From contig NW_026943823.1 of assembly GCF_035594765.1 (NCBI RefSeq), forward strand, positions 62,001 to 126,000: 64,000 nucleotides of DNA. The letters are read 5' to 3'. Positions 35,157 through 45,999 of this stretch are shown piece by piece (the stretch's first letter is position 1; the number at the start of each line of letters is the position of its first letter). The notes beneath the pieces were generated by a model. The model was not told the DNA's origin and did not search any database. It saw only the letters and a list, made by a program, of their open reading frames with translations. Source of the DNA: Anolis carolinensis. Lineage: Eukaryota. The translations under genes were made by a program, and so were the position numbers.

Positions 35157-36730
35157 TAGCACTTGGGAAGTGCTTGACTTGTGATTTTGTAATACGAAAT
35201 CCAGCATATATATATATCTCGTTTGCTGTTTCATACTATGTCTTTGTGTCAGGCAGGGAAAGCACAACCTAATATCTCCCGACAGATGACCATCCAGTCC
35301 CAACCCTTTCTTTTTGCCAGGTAGGAAAAGCATGACCCGATCACTCCTGACAGAGGGCCATGCAACCCTTGCTCAACAACAACAACAAATGGAATCCTAG
35401 CATTAGAAGACATCCCAAAGAGGGCTGTCAAGGCCAGCCCCCTTTATTCTGCCAGGTAGGGAAAGCACAACCTGATCCCTCCCAACAAAGAGCCATCCTG
35501 CCTCAACCTTTTCTTTCACAAACTTAGGAAAACCATGACTCAATCCCTCCCAACAGATGGCAATTGAGCTCCTGCTTAATCCTAGTAGTAATAGAAATAA
35601 TAATAATAATATAGAATATTTCTGCCGGGTAGGGAAAGCACAACCTGATCTCTCCTGACAGAGAGCCATCCAGTCCCAGCCCTTTCTTTCTGCCAGGCAG
35701 GGAAAGCATGACTCGATCCCTCCCGACAGATGGCCATCCGGCCCGCTTCATAACAACAACAACGATAACAACAATAAATGGAATCCTAGAGTTAGAAGTC
35801 ACCCCAAAGAGGGCTATATCCAATCTAACTCTCTTCTCTCTGCCAGGCAGGGAAAGCACGACCCGATCCCTCCTGACAGATGGACATCCAGCCCCTGCTT
35901 AATAATAATAGTAATAGTATTAATAATAATATAGAATATTTCTGCCTGGCAGGGAAAGTACAACCTAATCCCTCCCGACAGAGGGCCATCCAGTCCCAGC
36001 CATTTCTGCCAGGAAGGAAAAGCACGACCCGATCTCTCTCAACAGATGGTCATCCAGTCTCTGCTTAATAATAATAATAATAATAATAATAATATCAAAA
36101 CCCTCCAAACAGATGGCCACCCAGCCCCTGCATCATCATCATCATGAGTTGGAAGGGATCTCAAAGGCCATTCAGTCTGACCTACATAGGAAGATACTAT
36201 CAAAGCCTTCCTGACAGATGGCCATCCTAGAGCTGGAATAGACCCCAAAGGCTGTTCAGTCCTGCCCAGTTCACTACACAAGAAGACACCATCAAAGCAC
36301 TCCCGACACATGGCCACCCAGCCAAAGATATGCTACAAAGGAAGACATTATCAAAGCCCTCCTGACAGATGGCCACCCGGCCCCTGCATCATCTTCATAG
36401 AATCCTAGATATTGAAGGGACCCAAAGGCCATTCAGTCTGACCAGCATAGGAAGACATCATCAAAGACCTTCCAACTGATGGCCACTCAGCCACATCACC
36501 ATAATCTCCATCATCATCACCATACCACCATATAATCCTAGAGTTGGGAGGGACCCCAAAGGCCATTCAGTCCAATCTACATAGGAAGACAACATAAAAC
36601 CCCTCCCAATAGATGGCCACCCAGCCCCTGCGTTCATAGAATGCTAGAGTTGGGGGGGGATCTAAAAGGCTATTCAATCTGACCTATATAGGAAGACACC
36701 ATCAAAACCCTCCCAACAGATAGCGATCTA
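35010..36730 (-). repeat. Diverged tandem array of CR1 3'-end units
   Basis: Recurrent agaatcctagagttggaaggga...ccctcccgacagatggccatccag; similar arrays at 9130-9990, 11276-12070, 27300-27925, 50010-50790 and 60470-61580. Confidence 0.8.
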
Positions 36731-36768
36731 GCCCTATCATTGTCATCACCATCATCATCGATCTATAG

Positions 36769-37913
36769 CAGTGATGGGCAACCTTTTGCGCTTGGTGTGT
36801 CAAAATTCACCAAAAAATCTAGCATGACCTGGCTGGTGTGTCACTTTGAGAAAAAAACCCCATAATTTCACAATATGTATAGTTTAAATAACAAAAATGT
36901 ATAAGTGTAATATATAACTGTATTTAATAAATCAAAAATTATTTACTACCGTTATTTCCATGTACAACAATCTATGGTACTTCTTGCAGTTTAAGCTTCG
37001 CAAAGTTTCCACGCTGATTTCTCTCTATTCTAGTTTCAATATAATCATGAATAATGAATAATCTATTAATAACATAATATAATAGTAATAATATGATAAT
37101 ACACTACAATAATAGAATAATAATGGTATGATAATAATAGAAAATATAATATAATGATATAAAATATATTAATAAGATAATATAATAGGATATAATAATT
37201 ATCTATATATATAAAAGAGTGATGGCATCAGGGCAGCGGACAAAACAACAAAACTACAGGCCCCCCAACCTCGAAATTTGACAACACAACCCATCATCCA
37301 CGGCTCTAGGTTGATATGACAAAAAGAAAAGAAACATAAAGTCCTAATTAGAGGGAGAGGAATAATTGTTTTTATCCAATTGCTGCCAGTTTAGAGGGCT
37401 AATCTCTGCCCAGTTGGTCTCCTAGCAACCTACTCAGCCCAGGGGACAGGCACAAGAGTTTGGAGAGACCCCTAAGGGCCATCCAGCCCAACCCTTTCTA
37501 CTATGCAGCAGGACACAATCCAAGCATTCACAACACATGCACAACGTATAAATACTATACAATACTACACAGGGACATAGACCCCCTCTACCCTCACCAG
37601 TACACAAACAACCAAATGCATACTCAACATAAAGACAACCATACAACAGAATTCAATACCACTGCCTCAACAAGTTCTCACCAACACCACCAGACAACGC
37701 CACAGCAACGTGTGGCCGGGCACAGCTAGTATATATATAAATGTACTGTTCATTTGTAGGACGGAGTAAACAAAAAAAAACAAAACAATTGGATGAAATG
37801 ACATCAAGTTTTGCCACAAAACACTTAACAATCCAAGAAGTGACCACCGTGTGTCAGCAAAATTGGCTAGAGGTGTCAGTGCTGACACGCGTGTCATAGG
37901 TTGGCCATCACTG
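36769..37913. mobile_element. Non-autonomous hAT (hAT1-like) element containing a Helitron
   Basis: TIRs CAGTGATGGGCAACCT / AGGTTGGCCATCACTG; perfect 8-bp TSD ATCTATAG. Confidence 0.9.
37202..37729 (+). mobile_element. Non-autonomous Helitron
   Basis: A|TCTATATATATAAAA ... GC hairpin GCCACA-GCAACG-TGTGGC ... CTAG|T, no TSD. Confidence 0.85.
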
Positions 37914-39472
37914 ATCTATAGAATGTTAGAGGGAGGCTGTTGTGACCTGAGGCTGACACAGTCGAGGGCCTTCCTCCCTCCTCTTCCTCCTCGTCTTCCT
38001 CTTCCTCCCCAGACAAACAAAGGGAATCCAGCAGACGCAAGCACATTCCTAGGCATTATTTTTCCATTTTCTCCTTTATTAGGGGAGCGTAAACAGTGCT
38101 TGCAGAAGGACAGGCAGGCCCTCCCCTATCTGTCTGTGTCAAGGTCCCCCCACTCCCCTGGGTGTTGTTGTTGTTGTGGCTGAGGGAGGGAGAGAGAGAG
38201 ATGAAGAGGCCTTGAGCCACACATACACACACACACACACAAGGCCTTTGCCTTCTCCGTCCAGCGGAATGCCTGCCTGCTCTCCAAGGGGCCCTTTGCA
38301 CTCCCTTATCCTTCCTCCTTAATAGGAACCAGAGGTTTTCTTTGGCTGCAGAAGCAGCTGCGGCCCCTCCATCCGCCCCTTCCCTCCCTCCCTTCTCCCC
38401 GCTGCTTTGCAAGATGCGATAAGGGGGAGATTTATGGGGGGAGATAAGCTTTGAAGGGAGGCCGAGCTGCCCTTCGCCTGCTGGGGCATAGGAGGGGGCT
38501 CTGCATCCATCTGTGAGGCTGGAGGGCCATCTGCCGGGAGGGCTTTGGTGGTGCTTCTTTTATTTTATTTTATTTTTATTTTTTTACTTTATTTTTATAC
38601 CCCGCCTCTATCTCCCCAAAGGGGACTCAGGGCGGCTTACAAGCCCGAATAAAAACAGTAGCAGTATAAAACACAGCAATAGACAAAAACATGCACAATT
38701 AAAAAAAATTAAACATTAGCCAATAAAAAACAAGAACTAATAAAAACATGGATTAAAACAGAGAGATTGTAAAAGTAGTCTGGGTAAGGTGCACCATATA
38801 AATATTGTAAACACGAGGTGACTGATAAAGTGCTGCAAATTCTTGGAAGTGCAAATTGGGATGGGAAAAGACCCTGTGTCTATATCGAGTTGACAAAGGT
38901 AAAAAGTGCAAACCAGTACCAGAATGGTCACAGATACAGATTGCTTCTGGATTAGCAATCTTTATCTAAAGGCCTGAGTAAAGAGCCAGGTTTTCAAGCT
39001 CTTTCTGAATGCTACCAGGGCTTGCCTGATTTCCCTGGGGAGCCCCAGGTGGGGCTGGACTGCCCTTCGCCTGCTGGGGAAAATGCTCGTCCAACCCTTC
39101 TGCCTTCCATGCAGGAAAAGCACAATCAAAGCACCTCCGACAGATGGCCACACCATTAAACTGCACCCAAACTTTTTTTAGTTTTGTTTCCTGGTGACAC
39201 CACTACGGTTGTAGTGCATGCTTAGCACCTATTGGCTTTTTCTGGCAAACTGCACACAATACAGACCTGATACATGTACAGTTCAATGTATTGAAATCTA
39301 CTTGGTCACACAAAATTGTTGACGAAACAAAACATTCCCAGAAATGTGTTTACCTATCAACCAATGCACTCCATCCTTTGGCCCATGTGCCTTTGCCTGG
39401 AGCTTCCACCAGGTGGCGCCTTTGTCCAACACATTTCCTGAGCTGCTCCAGCTGCCGCTCAATGCTTCAAGG

Positions 39473-40188
39473 CAGGGGTCCCCAAACTAAGGCCCGGGGC
39501 CGGATGCAGCCCTCCAAGGTCATTTACCTGGCCCTGCCCTCATTTATAATATAATATTTTTATATCAGTTTTAATACTATAATATATTGTATATACATAT
39601 GATATTGATAATAATATTATCATTTTATACAATATAATACTAATAATAATACCATATAATAATATTAATTATATGTTATATATTACATATATTACAGTAT
39701 AGTGGTATAGTACAATATAGTAATATATAATGCTAAGATTGTGCTATGCTAATAATATAATATATTGTATGTACATACAGCTGTTCTGAGTTCCCTTCGG
39801 GGTGAGAAGGGTGGGATATAAATGTAGTAAATAAATGTAGTAAATGAATAAATAAATAACTTTGGACTTAGGCTCGCCCAAAGTCTGAAATGACTTGAAG
39901 ACACACAACAACAACAACAACAATCCTAATTAACCTGACTATCTCATTGGCCAGAAGCAGGCCCACACTTCCTATTGAAATACTGATAAGTTTATGTTAG
40001 TTAAAATTATTTTCATTTTTAAATATTGTATTGTTCTTTCATTGTTATTGTTGTTTTGCACTACAAATAAGATATGTGCAGTGAGCATAGGAATTTGTTC
40101 GTTTTTTTCCCCCAAATGATAATTTGGCCCCTCAACAGTCTGAAGGATTGTGGACCGGCCCTTTGCTTAAAAAGTTTGAGGACCCCTG
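39473..40188. mobile_element. Non-autonomous hAT (OC1/OposCharlie1-like)
   Basis: TIR CAGGGGTCC(C/T)CAAACT; 8-bp TSD CTTCAAGG/CTTTAAGG. Confidence 0.88.
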
Positions 40189-40209
40189 CTTTAAGGTCTC
40201 GCCCAACTC

Positions 40210-40258
<49 letters not shown>

Positions 40259-40261
40259 TTA

Positions 40262-40829
40262 TTGTATGACACAGCAAACAAGATAGATATGCTGGATTTC
40301 GTATCACAAAATCACACGTCGAACACTTCCCAAGTGTCTAGGACTGTGTGATGTATTTTTGGATGATGCGTGCAGATCCCAGCAGGGTGGCCTTTTGCAG
40401 TTGGCAGATCGTAATTTTGTCAATGTCTATTGTTTCCAAATGCCGGCTGAGATCTTTTGGCACAGCACCCAATGTGCCGATCACCACCGGGACCACCTGC
40501 ACTGGTTTCTGCCAGAGTCTTTGAAGTTCAATCTTGAGGTCCTGATAGCAGCTGAGTTTTTAATAATAATAATATCGAGGCTGGGTGGCCATCTGTTGCG
40601 GTTTCTTTGCTTGTGCTTTTCCTGCATGAAGGCAGAAGGAGGTTGGACTGGATGACCCTTAAGGTCTCTTCCATTATTATCATTATCATTATTGAGACTG
40701 GATGGCCCTTGAGGTCTCTTCCAACTATATCATCATCATCCTCACCATCATCATCAATATTACTGGGGCTGAAAGATTATTTGTTGGGGATTGGGGTTCA
40801 GCTCGATGGCCCATAAGGTCTCTTTCAAC

Positions 40830-40894
<65 letters not shown>

Positions 40895-41002
40895 GACACA
40901 GCAAACAAGATAGATATGCTGGATTTCATATCACAAAATCACAAGTCGAACACTTCCCAAGTGTTTAGGACTGTGTGATGTGTTTTCGGATGATGCACGT
41001 AG

Positions 41003-41003
<1 letters not shown>
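40262..41003 (-). mobile_element. Two R4/Dong 3' fragments (40262-40560, 40893-41003) in (TAT)n
   Basis: Same 3' UTR sequence as the full element. Confidence 0.85.
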
Positions 41004-41037
<34 letters not shown>

Positions 41038-41132
41038 GGTTGGATGGCAATGTGTGCTTTGACTGTGCTTTTCCTGCATGAAGGCAGAAGGGGGTTGGAC
41101 TGGATGGTCTTTTTTGGGGTCTCTTCCAACTC

Positions 41133-41166
<34 letters not shown>

Positions 41167-41254
41167 GACACAACAACGTTGTATGACACAGCAAACAAGA
41201 TAGATATGCTGGATTTCGTTTCACAAAATCACAAGTCGAACACTTCCCAAGTGT

Positions 41255-43435
41255 CTAGGACTGTGTGATGTATTTTTGGATGATGCGTGCAGATCCCAGT
41301 AAGGTGGCCTTTTGCAGTTGGCAGATCGTAATTTTGTCAATGTCTATTGTTTCCAAATGCCGGCTGAGATCTTTTGGCACGGCACCCAGTGTGCCCATCA
41401 CCACCGGGACCACCTGCACTGGTTTCTGCCAGAGTCTTTGAAGTTCAATCTTGAGGTCCTGATAGCGGCTGAGTTTTTCCTGTTGTTTTTCGTCAATGCG
41501 ACTGTCACCTGGGATGGCAACATCAATGATCCAAACCTTGTTCTTTTCCACAACTGTGATGTCTGGTGTGTTGTGTTCCAGAACTTTGTCAGTCTGGATT
41601 CGGAAGTCCCACAGTATCTTTGCGTGTTCATTTTCCACAACCTTTGCAGGTTTGTGATCCCACCAGTTCTTAACTGCAGGGAGGTGATACTTGAGGCATA
41701 GGTTCCAATGAATCATTTGGGCCACATAGTTGTGCCTCTGTTTGTAGTCTGTCTGTGCAATTTTCTTACAGCAGCTGAGGATATGATCAATGGTTTCATC
41801 GGTTTCCTTGCACAGTCTGCACTTTGGGTCATCAGCTGATTTTTCGATCTTGGCCTTGATTGCATTTGTCCTGATGGCTTGCTCCTGGGCTGCACGGATC
41901 AGGCCTTCTGTCTCCTTCTTCAGGGTCCCATTCGTGAGCCACAGCCAGGTCTTCTCTTTATCAGCTTTTCCTTCAATTTTGTCAAGGAACTTTCCATGCA
42001 GTGTTTTGTTGCGCCAGCTGTCAGCTCTAGTTTGTAGTGCAGTTTTCTTGTACTGGTTTTTTGTCTGCTGTGCTTTGAGGAGTTTCTGATTTTTGACTTC
42101 AATCAAAGCAGGTTCTTCACTTTGTTTTACATATTCTGCCAGGGCATTTTCCTCTTCTTTGACTGCTTGCTTTACTTGTAAGAGTCCTCTGCCCCCTGAT
42201 CTTCTAGGCAGATATAGCCGGTCAACATCACTGTGAGGGTGCAGGGAATGATGAATGGTCATGAGTTTTCTTGTTTTTCTGTCCAAATTGTCCAGTTCCG
42301 CCTGTGTCCAATTTATAATGCCAGCAGTATATCTTATGACAGGTATGGCCCAGGTGTTTATGGCCTTGATGGTGTTGCCTCCATTGAGCTTGCTTTTGAG
42401 AATTTTTCTGACCCTTTGTGTGTATTCTTTACTGACCACAGTCTTCACATGTTCATGCTTGATGTTGTCCAGCTGTAATATGCCCAGATATTTATAGGCC
42501 TCTGGCTGGTGACACCTTATTGTTTGGCCATTGGGCATATTGATGCCCTCACTTTCAATTATTTTTCCCTTCTTCAATGCCACTGTCGAACATTTGTCCA
42601 AACCAAACTCCATGTTGATATCAGTGCTAAAAATTCGGACAGTGTTGGTCAGAGATTGGATTTCAGTTTCCGTTTTCCCATATAGCTTCAGGTCATCCAT
42701 GTACATCAAATGTGAAATTTTGTGAGAATTCTTAGATGTTTGGTAGCCGAGATTTGTTTTTTGTAAGATTGTTGACAGAGGGATCATGGCAATAATGAAA
42801 AGCAGAGGGGACAATGAGTCTCCCTGGAAAATTCCTCTCCTGATGTTGACAAGTCCATAACTTTCATTTCCAACAAACAGTTCAGTTTTCCAGTGCTCCA
42901 TCATGTTTTCAATGAAGGTGCCAACGTTTTTACTAATCCCGATGGCGTCCAGGCACTTGATGATCCAGCTGTGTGGGAGTGAGTCAAAGGCCTTCTTGTA
43001 GTCAATCCACGTCATGTGAAGATTAGCTTTTCGGCTCTTACAGTTCTCCAGAATCATTTTGTCAATCAATAACTGGTCTTTTGTGCCCCTGCTTTTCCGT
43101 TTGCTGCCTTTCTGTTCATCTGGCAAGATTTTTTTTTCTTCAAGATAGTCTTGAATTCTGTCAGCTATGATGCCAGTCAGTAGTTTAAACATAGTGGGCA
43201 GACACGTTATTGGCCTGTAGTTTCCTGGTGCTGCTCCTTTTGCTGGATCCTTTTGTATCAGGTATGTTCTTCCAGTTGTTAGCCATTCACTGATACTTCC
43301 TTTCTGCAGCATCTCATTGAATTGTTGGGCCATTTTTCCATGTAAACTAATCAGATGTTTGAGCCAAAATCCATGAAGTTGATCACTACCAGGCGATGTC
43401 CAGTTCTTGACTTTTTGCACTCGTTTGCTGATCAA
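41255..43435 (-). CDS. R4/Dong reverse transcriptase + CCHC + restriction-like endonuclease (N-terminally truncated)
   Basis: 726 uninterrupted codons: NYRPITCL, IDYKKAFDS, GIFQGDSLSP, YMDD, CRLC-x8-H-x4-C, PDITVV...IIDVAIP, KLSRY. Confidence 0.93.
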   Translation of the reverse strand: MISKRVQKVKNWTSPGSDQLHGFWLKHLISLHGKMAQQFNEMLQKGSISEWLTTGRTYLIQKDPAKGAAPGNYRPITCLPTMFKLLTGIIADRIQDYLEEKKILPDEQKGSKRKSRGTKDQLLIDKMILENCKSRKANLHMTWIDYKKAFDSLPHSWIIKCLDAIGISKNVGTFIENMMEHWKTELFVGNESYGLVNIRRGIFQGDSLSPLLFIIAMIPLSTILQKTNLGYQTSKNSHKISHLMYMDDLKLYGKTETEIQSLTNTVRIFSTDINMEFGLDKCSTVALKKGKIIESEGINMPNGQTIRCHQPEAYKYLGILQLDNIKHEHVKTVVSKEYTQRVRKILKSKLNGGNTIKAINTWAIPVIRYTAGIINWTQAELDNLDRKTRKLMTIHHSLHPHSDVDRLYLPRRSGGRGLLQVKQAVKEEENALAEYVKQSEEPALIEVKNQKLLKAQQTKNQYKKTALQTRADSWRNKTLHGKFLDKIEGKADKEKTWLWLTNGTLKKETEGLIRAAQEQAIRTNAIKAKIEKSADDPKCRLCKETDETIDHILSCCKKIAQTDYKQRHNYVAQMIHWNLCLKYHLPAVKNWWDHKPAKVVENEHAKILWDFRIQTDKVLEHNTPDITVVEKNKVWIIDVAIPGDSRIDEKQQEKLSRYQDLKIELQRLWQKPVQVVPVVMGTLGAVPKDLSRHLETIDIDKITICQLQKATLLGSARIIQKYITQS

Positions 43436-43439
43436 GGTG

Positions 43440-43581
43440 CCACCGCAGGTGCCACCTTGACGTGGTGGGGGGGCTTAACTGCTCCAATGATGACTGAGGG
43501 CTGTGCTGGCGGTAGTGTAACTACCGGTAGGTCCAACCAAGCCAGAGAGGCCTCAGCTGAGGAGCAGAACTAAGAGCACCT
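43440..43581 (+). ncRNA. Candidate HDV-like self-cleaving ribozyme (L1Tc type) with K-turn in P4
   Basis: P2 AGGTGC/GCACCT, P3 ACC/GGT, L3 TTGACGT, P1 3' strand G7, P4 CTGCTCC/GGAGCAG, J4/2 CTAA; box C ATGATGA and box D CTGA. Confidence 0.65.
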
Positions 43582-44562
43582 AACCCATTAGCATTATGGA
43601 GAAACAAACCCAAACGAAGTCTATACTGGCTCGGTCGTCGCCCAGGATAAAAAGGACCACGGTGGATGCTGCTGATTCTGGACATCCATTGACAAGTGGG
43701 CTACGGAATCATCAAACCCCAAATGAACAGTCACAGAAGCGGCAGAAATATACAATGCCAGAAAACCACACAATTATTATTATTATTACTATCATTGTTA
43801 TTATTATTATTAATGTTGAGGCTGTATGGCCATCTGTTGGGGGTGCTTTGATTGTGCTTTTCCTGCTGCTGCAGCTGGCTCGTTTCCTCCGTCCAAAAGG
43901 GCCCAACGCTGCTGGGAATGGCCAAGGGCCGGCCGAACCCCAGGACTGCCCTTTGCCCCTTATCAGCAGCAAAGGCAAATGTTGTCAGGATGGGCGGCTG
44001 CCAAGCTGCTCCTTATCGGAAAGGCAAGGCTGTTGGGTGCATATGTATGTATGCATACAAGTATGTACACACATTCACACCCACAAACACGCCCCTCCCT
44101 CCCTCCCTCCCTCCCTCCCTTGCCCTGCCTTTCACCTAATCCCTGTCTCCAGAGAAGCCTGGCCAATGGGCACAAGCCTTCCTTGGCCCATACGACTCCT
44201 AGTTGAGAACGGGGCTGGACTGGATGGCCTTTGGGGCTCCCTCCTAAATGTATGATACTATTATCTATCACATATAGTTGCAAGTGTGAATGCTGCAATT
44301 AATTGCCTTGATTAGCATTGAACAGCCTTGCAGCTTCAAGGCCTGGCTGCTTCCTGCCTGGGGGGACCCTTTGTCGGGAGGTGTTAGCTGGCCCTGATTG
44401 TTTCCTGTCTAAAAATTCTCGTTTTCTGAGTGTTGTTATTTTTTTTTTTTACAGGCGGGAATCAGCCAGGCCTTGAAGTTGCAAGGCCATTCAGTGTTAA
44501 TGAAGCAGGCCAACTGCACCATCCACACTTGCTTCATACAGACAACAATAACAATAGTAGTA

Positions 44563-44885
44563 CAGTAGATTCTCACTTATCCAACACTCGCTTGTCCAAG
44601 GTTCTGGATTATCCAACACATTTTTGTAGTCAATGTTTTCAATACATCGTGATATTATGGTGCTAAATTCGTAAATACAGTAATTAGAACATAACATGAC
44701 TGCATATTGAACTACTTTTTCTGTCAGATTTGTTGTATCACATGATGTTTTGGTGCTTAATTTGTAAAATCATAACCTAATGTGATGTTTAATAGGCTTT
44801 TCCTTAATCCCTCCCTATTATCCAAGATATTCGCTTATCCAAGGTTCTGCGGGCCCGTTTAGCTTGGATAAGTGAGACTCTTCTG
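44563..44885. mobile_element. pogo/Tigger-like MITE just upstream of the EFNB1 promoter
   Basis: Same family in reverse orientation; further copies at 21750-21993 (partial), 59404-59904, 61061-61381 and 62777-63084. Confidence 0.85.
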
Positions 44886-45019
44886 TCGTAGTAATACTCA
44901 CACAAGGCCCTTGGAGCCCTTCCCTTGCATTCCCGCCTCCCCACCGGCAGGGGGCAGCATCGTCCCGCCTTAGGCAGAAGAAACAACAGGAGCGAGACTG
45001 GGAAGGAGTGGGCGTGGCG

Positions 45020-45406
45020 CCCGGCCCCGCGGCCCCGCCCCCTTTCCCCTCCCTCCGCCCCAAAGGGGGCGTGTCCGGGCCCTCCCTGGCGAGGACCCCT
45101 GCGCGCCGCTCTGCCATTGGCTGGCCCCGCCTCCCTTGCTTTGGGCTGTCCTCGGCGTTCGCCTGCGCGGGAGAGTAGAGCGGCGGCGCGGGCGGAGGGA
45201 GCGCCAGTCGGGGCCGGGACGCCGGAGAAGAAGGAAGGGAAGAAGGAAGGAAAGCAGGAAAGATCCCAGCACGGACTCTTTGGGAGAGGAATAGGCGTTG
45301 CCAGGGCAACCCCAGCGGGATATGGAAACAAGAGGAGCCGCCAAGGAAGTGGATTAAGCGAATTGGACGCTGAAGAAGGAGCCGGTCGGGGAGGGGGCGG
45401 CGGAGG
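45020..45406 (+). promoter_or_regulatory. EFNB1 CpG-island promoter and 5' UTR with uORF 45322-45357
   Basis: GC boxes at 45020-45060, inverted CCAAT at 45116; uORF METRGAAKEVD*. Confidence 0.65.
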
Positions 45407-45630
45407 ATGGTGCGCCCGGACGGGGAGGAGGAGGAGGAGGAGGAGGGGGAGGGAGGGGCCCCCCGGAAGTGCCGCTTCCGCCCCGCTTCCGCCTCCCCTT
45501 CCGCCTCCGCTTCCGCCTCCGCTTCCTCCTCGGCGCGCCTGCTGGGCCTGCTCCTGGCCCTGCTCCGCCTCGCCTCGCCCCTCCTCGCCAAGAACCTCGA
45601 GCCCGTCGCCTGGACCGCCTCCAGCCACAA
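45407..45630 (+). CDS. EFNB1: Ephrin-B1 coding exon 1 (exon 2 not found in window)
   Basis: MVRP...[31 protein letters not shown] matches EFNB1 (MARP...[23 protein letters not shown]); phase-2 donor AA|GTACGC. Confidence 0.9.
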
Positions 45631-45966
45631 GTACGCGCCTCTCCCCCTCTCGCTCCTCTCGCCCGGGATTCTGTGGCTGGGGTTGCCTTGGATGGCCATC
45701 TGTCGGGAGGGCTCTTGCCTGGCAGGAAGAAAGGGAGTGGGCTGGATTACCTCCGGAGGTCCCTCCCGACTCTGGAATTCGATTGTTGTTATTATTGTGC
45801 CAGGCTTTGTGTGTCCTCTCCCTGGTTTCATAAAGCCTAGGGTTCTATTGTTGTTGTTTTGGATGGCCATCTGTCGGGAGGGCTTTGGTTGTGCTCCTTC
45901 TGCCTGAAGGCAAAAGGAAAGGAGTTGGACTGGGTGGCCCTTGGCATCTCTCCCAACCTAAAAATC

Positions 45967-45999
<33 letters not shown>

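Larger units (their letters stand above)
41165..43772 (-). mobile_element. R4/Dong-clade non-LTR retrotransposon, internally deleted with inverted 5' end
   Basis: Open RT-RLE ORF, 3' UTR ending in (TAA)n; 43440-43772 is the element 5' UTR and ORF start in the opposite orientation; flanked by (TAA)n on both sides. Confidence 0.9.

Noticed and set aside
43486-43560. Stand-alone box C/D snoRNA
   Set aside because: The interior is base-paired with no obvious guide or C'/D' boxes, and it lies within a retrotransposon 5' UTR; it is better explained as a K-turn in the ribozyme P4.
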